IMG/VR virus record: IMGVR_UViG_3300037439_000038
Coordinates: 3,944 to 67,943 of that record
Origin: a virus
Reading direction: 5' to 3' (one strand)
DNA: 64,000 nucleotides
Part shown: in pieces, positions 45,047 to 54,349 of the stretch
Position numbering within the stretch: position 1 is the first letter of the stretch
Layout: each line of letters starts with the position of its first letter
Made by a program: the position numbers and the translations under genes
Notes under the pieces: model-generated
The model's database searches: none
What the model saw: the letters and a program-made list of their open reading frames with translations, nothing else
What the model was told of the DNA's origin: nothing

Positions 45047-45407
45047 CAGTAAAATCTTCTGATCGATCCCCGATTGTCACGAAAGACAAAGTATAGCCAT
45101 CAACTCCTGCAACATCACGAAGTTCTTTTACTACACGGTCAACAGCATCTAGAATGTTGATTATCTTGAAGAAATCATTAGTAAGTTTAATTGGCCAATG
45201 TACCCAAACTCTAACGCTCTCAGGACCTTTCACTTCACCATTAAACATTGGAGCAGGAGTGCGACCCCATCTCAGAATGATAAATGGACCATCTTCACGC
45301 GGAAGTTCTTCGCTAGACCAGTTGTGAAAGATTGAATCATCGTCTAGCCCAAAACTATTCAGCTCAGAATCATTACAGAGGGCATCATGAAATGCAGCTC
45401 TACTCAT
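44985..45407 (-). CDS. tail terminator-like protein
   Basis: position and size; PFIILRW, VRVWVH pattern. Confidence 0.65.
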   Translation of the reverse strand: MSRAAFHDALCNDSELNSFGLDDDSIFHNWSSEELPREDGPFIILRWGRTPAPMFNGEVKGPESVRVWVHWPIKLTNDFFKIINILDAVDRVVKELRDVAGVDGYTLSFVTIGDRSEDFTDDGFGTITKNAEYQLFSVKS

Positions 45408-45784
45408 GAGGCAAACTCCAAACGATTGATCGTTTCAGCTAGTCTCTGAATAAGTAAAGCACCGATGTAATCTACCGTTGGCTGAATAATTGCGTATTTA
45501 CCAGAGAATCGTACCTCCAACCAAATTCCATATGAAACACTATGTGCCACAATCAATTCAAAAGCATTGCCTTGATCAACAATATTAACTTCAGCATGAA
45601 GTCCACTACGAGCATTTCCTGTACGATCAATCCATGGCGCATTGCTTCGAGCAAAAGTTTCAGCTTCACCTTTAGCGTAAAGAAACTGACCGGCTATGGC
45701 ACGTTTGACTTTTAGATCATGTGCTTCAATAGCTCTAGCAAGATTATCTATTCCAGTCATTTTGACTGTTGATTTAACTGCCAT
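45404..45784 (-). CDS. neck/tail completion protein (HK97 gp10-like)
   Basis: NAPWIDRTGNARSGL and SYGIWLE motifs. Confidence 0.7.
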   Translation of the reverse strand: MAVKSTVKMTGIDNLARAIEAHDLKVKRAIAGQFLYAKGEAETFARSNAPWIDRTGNARSGLHAEVNIVDQGNAFELIVAHSVSYGIWLEVRFSGKYAIIQPTVDYIGALLIQRLAETINRLEFAS

Positions 45785-46196
45785 AAGCCGGGTCTTTTCC
45801 AATAGCCTCAACCACGGCAGTTTTTTCATAAAAGTTGTACGGATTTAAAGCTGTTACACGATATTCAGTTTCACCGTTCTTCCAGGTGTCACCGATTTCA
45901 ACCAATGAATCATATCGACCCGTTAAAGTATATGCCCATTTATGAGCTTTAGCACCTTCAAGATTGGTAATACCACCACTAGCGCCAGTCAATCCTTGAA
46001 GAGTCGCATTTACAGGTTCAATATTGAAAACCTGTGGATCGCGTGGAGTCTGAGGCTCCCAATCATAAACTCCCCCAGGCTTTTTCACGCGCAAATGAGG
46101 GGTTAAAGTTATCAGTGTTCCAAACTGATCTAGAATTACATCAGTTCCTTTTCGGAGCGCATTAATAAGAGGCTGCTTCATCCCATGGCCTCTCAA
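45774..46196 (-). CDS. head-to-tail stopper-like protein
   Basis: position; VEIGDTW..YRV beta-barrel pattern. Confidence 0.6.
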   Translation of the reverse strand: MRGHGMKQPLINALRKGTDVILDQFGTLITLTPHLRVKKPGGVYDWEPQTPRDPQVFNIEPVNATLQGLTGASGGITNLEGAKAHKWAYTLTGRYDSLVEIGDTWKNGETEYRVTALNPYNFYEKTAVVEAIGKDPAYGS

Positions 46197-46518
46197 TCTC
46201 TCCGAAACTCAGTGGGCGCTTTGCTGTTTCGGGCAATGGACCCATTCCATCAGGATTGGTTCCAATAATTTTATCCCAGTAATCCAGCATGGCTCTAGCT
46301 TGCTTATGAATCTGAGTTAGCGGTTTTCCGGCATCCAAATATTCAGCTGTCTCATTTACCCGTTGTAACCAGAAATGCCTAACAGCCTGGGCTGGACTGA
46401 AAACCATTGTCTCCATTAAGGTTTCAATAAATCCATCAGTCCAGCCGTAGCCATCATCACCTTCCAACTTAGCAACTGTTGGAAGGTTCTGATTGACTAA
46501 CTCAAGCGCTGTTGGCAT
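46162..46518 (-). CDS. head-to-tail adaptor-like protein
   Basis: helical 118-aa protein in the connector position. Confidence 0.6.
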   Translation of the reverse strand: MPTALELVNQNLPTVAKLEGDDGYGWTDGFIETLMETMVFSPAQAVRHFWLQRVNETAEYLDAGKPLTQIHKQARAMLDYWDKIIGTNPDGMGPLPETAKRPLSFGEIERPWDEAASY

Positions 46519-46825
46519 TCCGTTCCTCTTGTAAGAACTTCGCTAGACGAACTTTCAAATCGGGTTCTGAACCCTTTTGTGAAAGATTGCGCTTTTGAAG
46601 CTCTGACTTGAGTTCCAACTCATCCAGACCATTAACATTCTCAAAAATATCTGGATCAAGTTGCAATTTCGGTGAATTCTCTTCTGAGGCAGGCTTTTCC
46701 GCTAGTTCACTTCCAGGCGGCCAATCCTTCTCATTTTGCTCAACTTCGTATTTTCGCCCACGAGCAAGTTGATAGTCAATTTCCTCTTGACTCCAAGGAT
46801 GATCGTTTTTGATTACCCTAGACAT
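46502..46825 (-). CDS. SAP-domain protein
   Basis: LDELELKSELQKRNLSQKGSEPDLKVRL fits the SAP consensus; start MSRVIK behind GAGG. Confidence 0.65.
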   Translation of the reverse strand: MSRVIKNDHPWSQEEIDYQLARGRKYEVEQNEKDWPPGSELAEKPASEENSPKLQLDPDIFENVNGLDELELKSELQKRNLSQKGSEPDLKVRLAKFLQEERNANSA

Positions 46826-47351
46826 TTTCCTCGTTGTTCTCTTCTGGCTGAGGTTGAACCTCTCCGGGAGAAATGTTTTCCGGCTCCGGTGTCGGCTCTG
46901 GCTCAGGCTCCGAATTATCTTCTGGGACAACCGGATTCGACCCGCCTGGTTCGCCCGGTGATTCAGAAGTGGTCTCATCCGTAGGGGGATTCAACACACC
47001 AGGATCAACGATTGTGCCAGGTCCAGCGGGGGGTTCCTCCACTTGCTCAGGATCGGGACGATCCAAGCCTTGCAGTCGAGAAACAGTAGAGCGAAGCTCA
47101 CCTATTTCCTCCGAAACATCTTCTGCTGCAGGAGTATTGGCGATCTTGTCCTCAAGACGCTTAAGATCAGCATCAAGTTTGTCGCCTACGTCATTAAGAT
47201 CTGAATTCAATTGCTGCAAGTCAGCTTTAAGGCCCATTTGATTTCTCCTTATATCATTCAGTACGTTAAAAATTGAGTACAGGGGTCCAACGAACAAAAA
47301 CTGTAGAATGTCTTTGTCCATTGGAAACCCCTGTCTCTCAACCTTTTTCAA
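46818..47351 (-). CDS. coiled-coil plus Pro/Glu-rich protein
   Basis: heptad region followed by low-complexity EP/PE tail; start may be internal. Confidence 0.6.
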   Translation of the reverse strand: MKKVERQGFPMDKDILQFLFVGPLYSIFNVLNDIRRNQMGLKADLQQLNSDLNDVGDKLDADLKRLEDKIANTPAAEDVSEEIGELRSTVSRLQGLDRPDPEQVEEPPAGPGTIVDPGVLNPPTDETTSESPGEPGGSNPVVPEDNSEPEPEPTPEPENISPGEVQPQPEENNEENV

Positions 47352-47354
47352 GCG

Positions 47355-48605
47355 TTATGCAACAGCCAAGAAATTAGGATTGCTGCGATCGAATGTTGCA
47401 GGAACTTCGTATGAACCTGCGCCCTTGATCTGCATAACCACTGCGCCTGCTCGCTGGCGAATACCAGTTCCGAAAGCCCTTGCAAAATAGGACTCAACAA
47501 GTGGGTAGTTCTGATCATTACCCTGCAGAATCCGCAAGCCCCGATAGAAGGGGTTTTTATGCTCACGGAAACCAACGAGGTTTTGCAGGTTGCCAGCCCC
47601 GCCGGTGCCAAACATCAGGAAATAATTGTTCGGCATAAACGGTTCTTCGATGAGCAACATATCACCGTAAGAACCATAAACCCGCAAACCATTCCAGGTA
47701 TCGGGTGGCAAAGAACCAAGCAAACCCGTTGGACTATCAAGGAATTGAGAGGGTTGGTTACGCGACGGAATAAAGTCGTAGTTTGCGACTACAGTGTTCG
47801 CCGAAACCTCCCCTTGACGCCATAGACGAACCTTCTTCAGTTGCGCACGATTCATCAGCACGACAATTTGAGTACCAGCCTCAATTGTATAACCATGCTC
47901 TGCGATATTCTCGTATGCATCTTCCAGATCGCCAGAGTCAATCTCGGTGTTTCCACTCACCATATAGTGAGAGTGGTTGCTAGTAAACGAAGTTCCGCGA
48001 TACGACGGGGGGACAACACCATCCGTTCCGTTGTAAAGCGAATAAACGTTGTAAGCACGATTGCGAATATCAGCAACACGATTTTCATTGTCAAAGATTG
48101 CAGCCATGACATTCTTGAAAATCGTAATTTCATCCGCTTGGAAAAGAGCATTCGTAACTGCACGAACTTGCTGTGCATCAGCGTCACGCAAGAACTTCCA
48201 AGTGAATCGAGTTGCACGGTCGTAATCTTCGAAATCATAACCAAGCTGGAAGTAGCTAATCTTCAGCCGTTCGCCTTCCGGCTCTCCCATTTCAGTTGCG
48301 ATTTCGAAACGTGCTTCGCCAACCTGCGGTACCGTTTCAACCTCGTTGACAACCGGAAAGGTAAGAATATCAACGAGTTTGGATCGGCCCTGATTCCAAA
48401 TAGCAAGTGCCGCTTGAGCTTCTGCCCAAAGGTTATTAATAGGCACGCCATCTTCGGTAGTGAATACCAAATCACCTTCGGTACCAATACCGCCAGACGT
48501 ATCATCGGCACCAAACGGAATGGTTTGCCAAAGGTTTGACGGCAGACTCAACATCTGCGAATCCCTTTCTGTCATAAGGCTTTTGGGAAGAGTTAGTTGA
48601 GTCAT
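47355..48605 (-). CDS. major capsid protein
   Basis: 416 aa after scaffold and decoration genes; FEIATEMGEP, GYDFEDY..RFTW motifs of actinobacteriophage HK97-fold capsids. Confidence 0.88.
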   Translation of the reverse strand: MTQLTLPKSLMTERDSQMLSLPSNLWQTIPFGADDTSGGIGTEGDLVFTTEDGVPINNLWAEAQAALAIWNQGRSKLVDILTFPVVNEVETVPQVGEARFEIATEMGEPEGERLKISYFQLGYDFEDYDRATRFTWKFLRDADAQQVRAVTNALFQADEITIFKNVMAAIFDNENRVADIRNRAYNVYSLYNGTDGVVPPSYRGTSFTSNHSHYMVSGNTEIDSGDLEDAYENIAEHGYTIEAGTQIVVLMNRAQLKKVRLWRQGEVSANTVVANYDFIPSRNQPSQFLDSPTGLLGSLPPDTWNGLRVYGSYGDMLLIEEPFMPNNYFLMFGTGGAGNLQNLVGFREHKNPFYRGLRILQGNDQNYPLVESYFARAFGTGIRQRAGAVVMQIKGAGSYEVPATFDRSNPNFLAVA

Positions 48606-49045
48606 GGCGTCACATCCACAGGAATGCCAGGACGCAGACGAAGAATCAGACGCGATCCATTGTCCACTGTATGACCAATGTAAACGCCATCTTCACCTAC
48701 AGTGTCGTCAACTGTTCCATCTGCGTGTCCATAATATGCCTTGCCAGGATCACCCAAATCCACACCAGGCTCGGCAGTTCCGGCATCAGCAGTTGCCGTA
48801 TGGTCATTCGGACCAAACTCGACAACCTCACCGTCAGTGTGAACATCGATTCGCTTACCGGCTGGGCAAACCTTCGTCTGGCAGACAACACCAGTTATTC
48901 CCGAAGTGCCATCACCGAATTCAATACGTCCATTTGCATCGTGTCCGACTGCAACTAGTTGTTCTACCAAATGCTGAGGCAGAGCGGCTGCAAGCGTAGC
49001 ACGATAACTACCAACCTTCGGGTTGGTCTTATCAATCCTACTCAT
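48602..49045 (-). CDS. capsid decoration / minor capsid protein
   Basis: 147 aa, Gly/Asp-rich beta protein between scaffold and capsid. Confidence 0.65.
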   Translation of the reverse strand: MSRIDKTNPKVGSYRATLAAALPQHLVEQLVAVGHDANGRIEFGDGTSGITGVVCQTKVCPAGKRIDVHTDGEVVEFGPNDHTATADAGTAEPGVDLGDPGKAYYGHADGTVDDTVGEDGVYIGHTVDNGSRLILRLRPGIPVDVTP

Positions 49046-49078
49046 TTCTTCCTTTCAGTCCCATAGTGGGCGAAATAC

Positions 49079-49858
49079 CTACGACTTCACACCTTCTCGC
49101 GTGCGAAGGGCAGGCATGATCTTTACCAACTCATCGTAATTTTCTGTAATTCCTGAACCACTAGAGTTGGAACCGCCCTGACCGGGCTGAAAGCCTGATG
49201 GCCCATTATTCTGTTGTTGTTGATTGTTATTCTGATTGTTTTGATCATCCTGCTGTTGCGTATTGTCCTTTGCAAGCATGAACTTACAAGACTCATCTTT
49301 GGCGATTCGAGCAAGTGCCTTAGTTAGACCAGTTACCTTACCATCGTCATCTACGGTAACTTCACCCGAATTGAATTGTTGTGCAACGACTTTCGGGTTA
49401 TGCCATTCAAAACGCTTATCGTCGCGGATTCCACCAGTAATCGCTTGCTCTGCAAGTGCGCTCCGTAGCTGGGCAATAGTCTTATCGCGGCTAGCAACAT
49501 CTGCCTTCAAATTTGTGTTTTCATCATTCTTTTTGCGCTCTGCTGCTGTTTGAGCATCTCGCAATTGTTGAAGCTCAGCTGCCGTCTTGGTGTTGTCATT
49601 TTCAGCATCTGAAAGAAGTTTCTTCAATTCCTTTGCAGTAAGCCCTTTATAAGGATCATCGTCATCATCGTCGGTAGACTGATTATTTTGATTTCCTTGC
49701 CCACCAGAGTTTTGATTTTGGCCCGAATCACCTTGCCCGCCTTGGTTATTCTGATTACCGGAGTTCTCTCCTGAATTTCCAGAATTTCCATTATCATCAT
49801 CAGGGTCCGCTCCCATAGGAGTTATAGGCCAAAGTGGGAAAATCGAATCGGAAGTCAT
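49079..49858 (-). CDS. scaffolding protein
   Basis: N/Q/G/D low-complexity linkers around a coiled coil; upstream of capsid genes. Confidence 0.8.
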   Translation of the reverse strand: MTSDSIFPLWPITPMGADPDDDNGNSGNSGENSGNQNNQGGQGDSGQNQNSGGQGNQNNQSTDDDDDDPYKGLTAKELKKLLSDAENDNTKTAAELQQLRDAQTAAERKKNDENTNLKADVASRDKTIAQLRSALAEQAITGGIRDDKRFEWHNPKVVAQQFNSGEVTVDDDGKVTGLTKALARIAKDESCKFMLAKDNTQQQDDQNNQNNNQQQQNNGPSGFQPGQGGSNSSGSGITENYDELVKIMPALRTREGVKS

Positions 49859-49970
49859 TGTTATTCAACCCTTTTCATAGACAGCACTGCTCGCCATTAG
49901 TGCCATAGTAAGGTCTGACCCCCAAGTCGTGCAAGCACATCGCCATATATTCTTCCCTCGGCGTGTCGGC

Positions 49971-50204
49971 CTAGCCGCGAGCCAGAATATCCATGTCCTC
50001 TGAGAATTCATTTTGTGCATTCTGTATGGAATCGCTTCTAGCATAAGGATATTCGCTAGCAACTTGATTAATGGCATCTTTGGTGAGAATATTCAATTGG
50101 TACTGAGTCCCAGGGTATGTTCCTAGTTCGATGGCATTTTTCAATGCCTCATTAAATTTGGCTTCCAGTTGCCTGCGTGTCAGCAACTTTGAATACTCAC
50201 TCAT
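49971..50204 (-). CDS. hypothetical protein (possible amber read-through to 49875)
   Basis: 77 aa to TAG; frame stays open for 31 more codons. Confidence 0.6.
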   Translation of the reverse strand: MSEYSKLLTRRQLEAKFNEALKNAIELGTYPGTQYQLNILTKDAINQVASEYPYARSDSIQNAQNEFSEDMDILARG

Positions 50205-52120
50205 TTCTTTCTCCGTTTCTTAACGAAGATCTTAAAGTCAGAATGATTTATTGCTTTGAGTTCTGCAATCTCTTCTTTTAGTCGTGCGGTGATAAACACA
50301 CCCAATGGTTTTCCGTTGTAGGCATTGTTTGCAAAAGCTTCTGCAACAGCCTCTTCTGCATTGACAACTGTTTTTGCTTTGTTTCTGAAAGAATATCCAG
50401 ATTCAAGCTGATCAAGCATCCAATCTTGGTATTCCTCAAAAATTTTCGGATCACTTCTATCTGCATCAGGATCGAAAACAGCAAAAAAGTTGGGAGGAAC
50501 TCTAACCTCTTGTCCTGTAATCCTTTTCCAAACTTTAGGATCAAGTTGTCTTTGAACGCGAGTCAGTGAAGTAAAGTCTAGAACATGTCCCCATTCATGA
50601 GTCATTGTTCCTTCCCAAGGCTTTTCAGGATCTCGTTTAACTAACCATCCTGAATCTTGGTTGGATTTAGATTCGCGCTTGAACTTCTCGTAATCAGAAA
50701 TCATTTGATCATTAAGCAGGATTTCGATCTTACGTGTCTTCGGGTTCTGCCTAGTCTCGGCAGGTACACCATCTGGAAGTTGTCCTATACGAATATATTT
50801 CACTGATGTATCTGGATATTCATTCTGCAGTCGCTCAAATGCAGTGGCTATCTCTTTAGCAGATTCAACATCCACATCTGTAGTATCCATGTCAATGACT
50901 TCCAGACCTTCATAATTGGAATGAAGCCAATTGGAAACTTGAGTTGGGTTCTTTGCTGCCACAATGGTTTTCGGGATAGTTTTGTCAATTATCTTTTCGC
51001 GTGCTTTAGGAGTCGTTTCCTCAATCGCTAGAAAAGCTTGACGGTCAACATTGAACTTGTTGACTAGCTTTCGTTCTGGAGGACTGATCCCACCCCACGG
51101 ATAAATATCCTTACCAGACGCTTTGGCCTTTTCAACTTCTGCTTTGAATTTCTCAGTATTTCCGGGGTCATTTTCGAAAGTCATTCTAGCACTTAGGTTT
51201 TCGTCGTGCTGAACTCCAAGTACGCCATCTAAGTATTCATCATAATGACCAGAGATTAGAGAGTTTTCAAAGTCTGCATAATCTTGCTGTTTAGGAGTTA
51301 CGTAGCATCGACAAAAAGGATGTGGCTTGTCTGGCACCAATTCAATATCAAAATACCTTTGGATAGCATAGATTTCACATTCATCCCCAGGATCTTTTTC
51401 ATGAACCTTCGAAAGATTCCACTCCATTTGTTCAACCCATGGTGTAGTTTGAGCACCATGAATTGCCTGAGCATGAAAAGCATTGTTTATCTCAGTAGTT
51501 CCCAAGCGCCTTGCAGCATAAGACACTCCACCAGGAACAGCGGGATCAATCAAACTCGTAACCGACTTGGCTAAATCCTTAGCAGTATCTCCACGCGCAA
51601 GAGAGCGGTTTATCGCTTGGGAAACAAGGTGATTCGCGAGAGCCTCACTTTTGTAGACTCTTGAACTAAGGGGACGCTCAGAAAAAAGTATGCGAGTCGC
51701 GACCGATTCCACATTTCTTCTAGCCGTTTGTCTAAGACTGTCAGCGTATTGACTACGCTGGAAAGGTTCGGGGAAAATTCTGCTGAGAATCCCTCTCTCA
51801 TCATACAACTGGGCATCGACGGCAGCCATTGCTGCATCTTGTCGATGGTCGTTGATGAGATTTGTTGTGGTTCCGAATATCTCGTGAATAAATTCTCGCA
51901 TTGATCGTTTGGCAGATGAAAGTTGCTGTCGCCTAACATCTTTGGAAAATCCATCGCCTAGCCTTTCAAATACATCACTAACATCGGCTATTGCATCTGT
52001 CAGAGTAGACTTAAGCTTGTCGTCAAATCTACGCTCTACATCGAGATAACGACCTAACCAGTTGGCCCGCCTGATATTTGGCGGGTCTGGTTCTACAATC
52101 CGACGGAGCGGCTGACTCAT
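50201..52120 (-). CDS. MuF-like minor head protein fused to a zincin metallopeptidase domain
   Basis: RLGTTEINNAFH...C...PHPFCRCY MuF motif; C-terminal HEWGH with downstream EAVAEAF. Confidence 0.85.
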   Translation of the reverse strand: MSQPLRRIVEPDPPNIRRANWLGRYLDVERRFDDKLKSTLTDAIADVSDVFERLGDGFSKDVRRQQLSSAKRSMREFIHEIFGTTTNLINDHRQDAAMAAVDAQLYDERGILSRIFPEPFQRSQYADSLRQTARRNVESVATRILFSERPLSSRVYKSEALANHLVSQAINRSLARGDTAKDLAKSVTSLIDPAVPGGVSYAARRLGTTEINNAFHAQAIHGAQTTPWVEQMEWNLSKVHEKDPGDECEIYAIQRYFDIELVPDKPHPFCRCYVTPKQQDYADFENSLISGHYDEYLDGVLGVQHDENLSARMTFENDPGNTEKFKAEVEKAKASGKDIYPWGGISPPERKLVNKFNVDRQAFLAIEETTPKAREKIIDKTIPKTIVAAKNPTQVSNWLHSNYEGLEVIDMDTTDVDVESAKEIATAFERLQNEYPDTSVKYIRIGQLPDGVPAETRQNPKTRKIEILLNDQMISDYEKFKRESKSNQDSGWLVKRDPEKPWEGTMTHEWGHVLDFTSLTRVQRQLDPKVWKRITGQEVRVPPNFFAVFDPDADRSDPKIFEEYQDWMLDQLESGYSFRNKAKTVVNAEEAVAEAFANNAYNGKPLGVFITARLKEEIAELKAINHSDFKIFVKKRRKK

Positions 52121-52497
52121 ACAAACTTCGACCAATCAGTTTGTGTATTGTACTGTGCTACATCATCTTTGGTCACAATTAGATATGCCCAGTTTCCATA
52201 AGCTTCACCCAATCCAGTCATGTGCTTTTGATCCACATCTGATGGATAAAGCTTTCCACTAGGATGAGTGTGCCAAATAGCAATTACATCAACAGGGTTG
52301 ATCTTCAGTAGTTGTCGAGAATCCATCCTGAATTGCTTATATGGATAAGGATCATTATTGCGGATTTCTTTTATCGTTCCATCACGTAGGATGAATCCGC
52401 AAGCTTCTTCTGGTGCTGATTGAAAAGCTCTACGGCATAACCAATTTCGTTGGTCCTCTGTAAGAATGAACGTCCCGACCGGACTTGATTGAGTCAT
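52117..52497 (-). CDS. JAB/MPN+ metallopeptidase
   Basis: PEEACG and WHTHPSG..PSDVD match the E-x-HxHx7Sx2D JAMM motif. Confidence 0.88.
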   Translation of the reverse strand: MTQSSPVGTFILTEDQRNWLCRRAFQSAPEEACGFILRDGTIKEIRNNDPYPYKQFRMDSRQLLKINPVDVIAIWHTHPSGKLYPSDVDQKHMTGLGEAYGNWAYLIVTKDDVAQYNTQTDWSKFV

Positions 52498-52498
52498 A

Positions 52499-52681
52499 CT
52501 ACGGAGTCCGCATCACACCAGAAGTAGTACCGTTGGCTTGCTTGAACTTCTTTCCGCGAGTTCCCTTACCTCCCTTGCCTTTTGAAACCTTTTGACCAGA
52601 AACCTTAGTATTCTTAATTCCTGCATTGGGTGGAACAGGAACAGAACCACCAACCATACTGGTACCGTTTGCATTTGCCAT
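52499..52681 (-). CDS. small basic Gly/Lys-rich protein
   Basis: 60 aa with no acidic residues. Confidence 0.6.
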   Translation of the reverse strand: MANANGTSMVGGSVPVPPNAGIKNTKVSGQKVSKGKGGKGTRGKKFKQANGTTSGVMRTP

Positions 52682-52842
52682 TATTTCTTTTTCCTAACTT
52701 TGTTGGGTAACTTCTTTGTGAACGGTTTGCCTAAGTCACGAATGTTCCGGTGTGCCCAGGTTTTTGCAAATGATTTCTTGTTTGCAAATGCCCAGCGAGC
52801 TTGAGCCTTAGACTTAAACCTCCCCTTTTTACGACGTCCCAT
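52681..52842 (-). CDS. small highly basic protein (53 aa)
   Basis: translated by hand MGRRKKGRFKSKAQARWAFANKKSFAKTWAHRNIRDLGKPFTKKLPNKVRKKK. Confidence 0.65.
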   Translation of the reverse strand: MGRRKKGRFKSKAQARWAFANKKSFAKTWAHRNIRDLGKPFTKKLPNKVRKKK

Positions 52843-54349
52843 TTAGCACTCTCCCATTGGTACTGTTACCAAGTGCTCCAACAAGATTGGGAGAAGTTGC
52901 TCCTTCTTCTCCAAATGCAGACCCCATCGCTTTATCTGCTTTTTCTTGCATCTGGTTGTAAAGTTCTTCTGCTGCAACCTTTTTATAACCGATTTTCTCT
53001 AGATCTTCAATCATTTGCTCAGTGGTAATTGCATCAATTGTCCAAAGGTCTACTCGTTCTTGGATATAAGCAGCGCGATCAATCGGCATCGGATCTTCAA
53101 AGGTAACCTTGAAAGTTCCTGTGTGACCTCGTTCTTCAAAAGCAGGAATCCAGCCTTTGATTAGATCATAGGCCATTTGATTCCACTTGCTTTCGATACC
53201 AAGTTGCTTATCTTCATTCTCAGCTAGAATCGGAGCCATCTTCAAAATACGTGCAATCCCAGATTCCGCAGTTTGAACGTCAACATCACCAGTTGCCATG
53301 TCTGGCAATCCAATTGTGGCCCACTGATCCAGCGATTTCATATGATCTTGCCACGGAGCAACTGAAGCAACCCCAGTCACCCGCTCGAAAGAATCCCCTT
53401 CTGAAATTTCAATGACATTGCCAGGATGCATCCGATACTTGGCTGGCTTTTTTGTTATAGGATCTATTGGGGGAGAAGCAGTTGTGACATAAACTCCAAG
53501 CCCTTGCAAAACCAAGCTTAGATCTTCATAGGTAATTGCCTGATTCATTCCGTTTATTAGATATTCAACACCAGCGACTTGGCTTACTCCCCAAGAGCTT
53601 CCATCAGGTTCATCGTTTGGGATATGATAAATGGGAAGTTGGGTAATTTCTTCCGGAAGAGTCTTTTCTTCCATATATTGCCAAACCGGCTTTAGTTTGT
53701 CCTTTTCAAGTACACGGTCATCCCAAGTACCAATTTCAAATCCGACGCACTCAGTTGTGATGCGTCCGTTGACTTTTCGATAGGTCTGCCGACGTGCGAT
53801 CTGTTTGGTAGTTTTCTTTCCCTTGGGTTCTCTGGGATCAGGTACCAAATCAACTATGTGATAACCGATTACACGATCCCCATTTTCAGGATCTTCTATA
53901 CGGAAAACAGATTGAGGATGGATGGTATTGAGCGTGATTCGTTCACCTTTTTTCTTTCGATCATCTGCGGTGATGTACCACATTTGGTCGCCTCTAGTTA
54001 GGAGGGATCGCTTTCCGCGAACAAACCGTTTCGAAATCTCTTCTCTAATCCAGATATTCGCGAACCATTCCTTAAGACCAGCTTCTCCTGTAATGACATG
54101 ATCAAAACCCACAGCCAAGTATCTAGCTGTCGAATTGACAATCTTCTTCGTTGATGGAACATACAACTCCGTATCCGTTGTGCCACGTTTCGTGACCTTG
54201 AACGTTTCGGGACGATTGTAATAAAAGTCATCGTATAGGTTATAAGCTGTAATGCGTTCTCTATCATCAGGATTAGGAATGTTACCCAAATTTGGGTAGC
54301 CCTTGAACCAGAGTCTAGCTGAGGCGTATTGCTTAGGAATGAATGGCAT
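52829..54349 (-). CDS. portal protein
   Basis: about 506 aa after terminase; LPIYHIPN...WGVSQV..INQAIT SPP1-like portal motifs; start MPFIP behind GGAAGGAG. Confidence 0.88.
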   Translation of the reverse strand: MPFIPKQYASARLWFKGYPNLGNIPNPDDRERITAYNLYDDFYYNRPETFKVTKRGTTDTELYVPSTKKIVNSTARYLAVGFDHVITGEAGLKEWFANIWIREEISKRFVRGKRSLLTRGDQMWYITADDRKKKGERITLNTIHPQSVFRIEDPENGDRVIGYHIVDLVPDPREPKGKKTTKQIARRQTYRKVNGRITTECVGFEIGTWDDRVLEKDKLKPVWQYMEEKTLPEEITQLPIYHIPNDEPDGSSWGVSQVAGVEYLINGMNQAITYEDLSLVLQGLGVYVTTASPPIDPITKKPAKYRMHPGNVIEISEGDSFERVTGVASVAPWQDHMKSLDQWATIGLPDMATGDVDVQTAESGIARILKMAPILAENEDKQLGIESKWNQMAYDLIKGWIPAFEERGHTGTFKVTFEDPMPIDRAAYIQERVDLWTIDAITTEQMIEDLEKIGYKKVAAEELYNQMQEKADKAMGSAFGEEGATSPNLVGALGNSTNGRVLNGTS

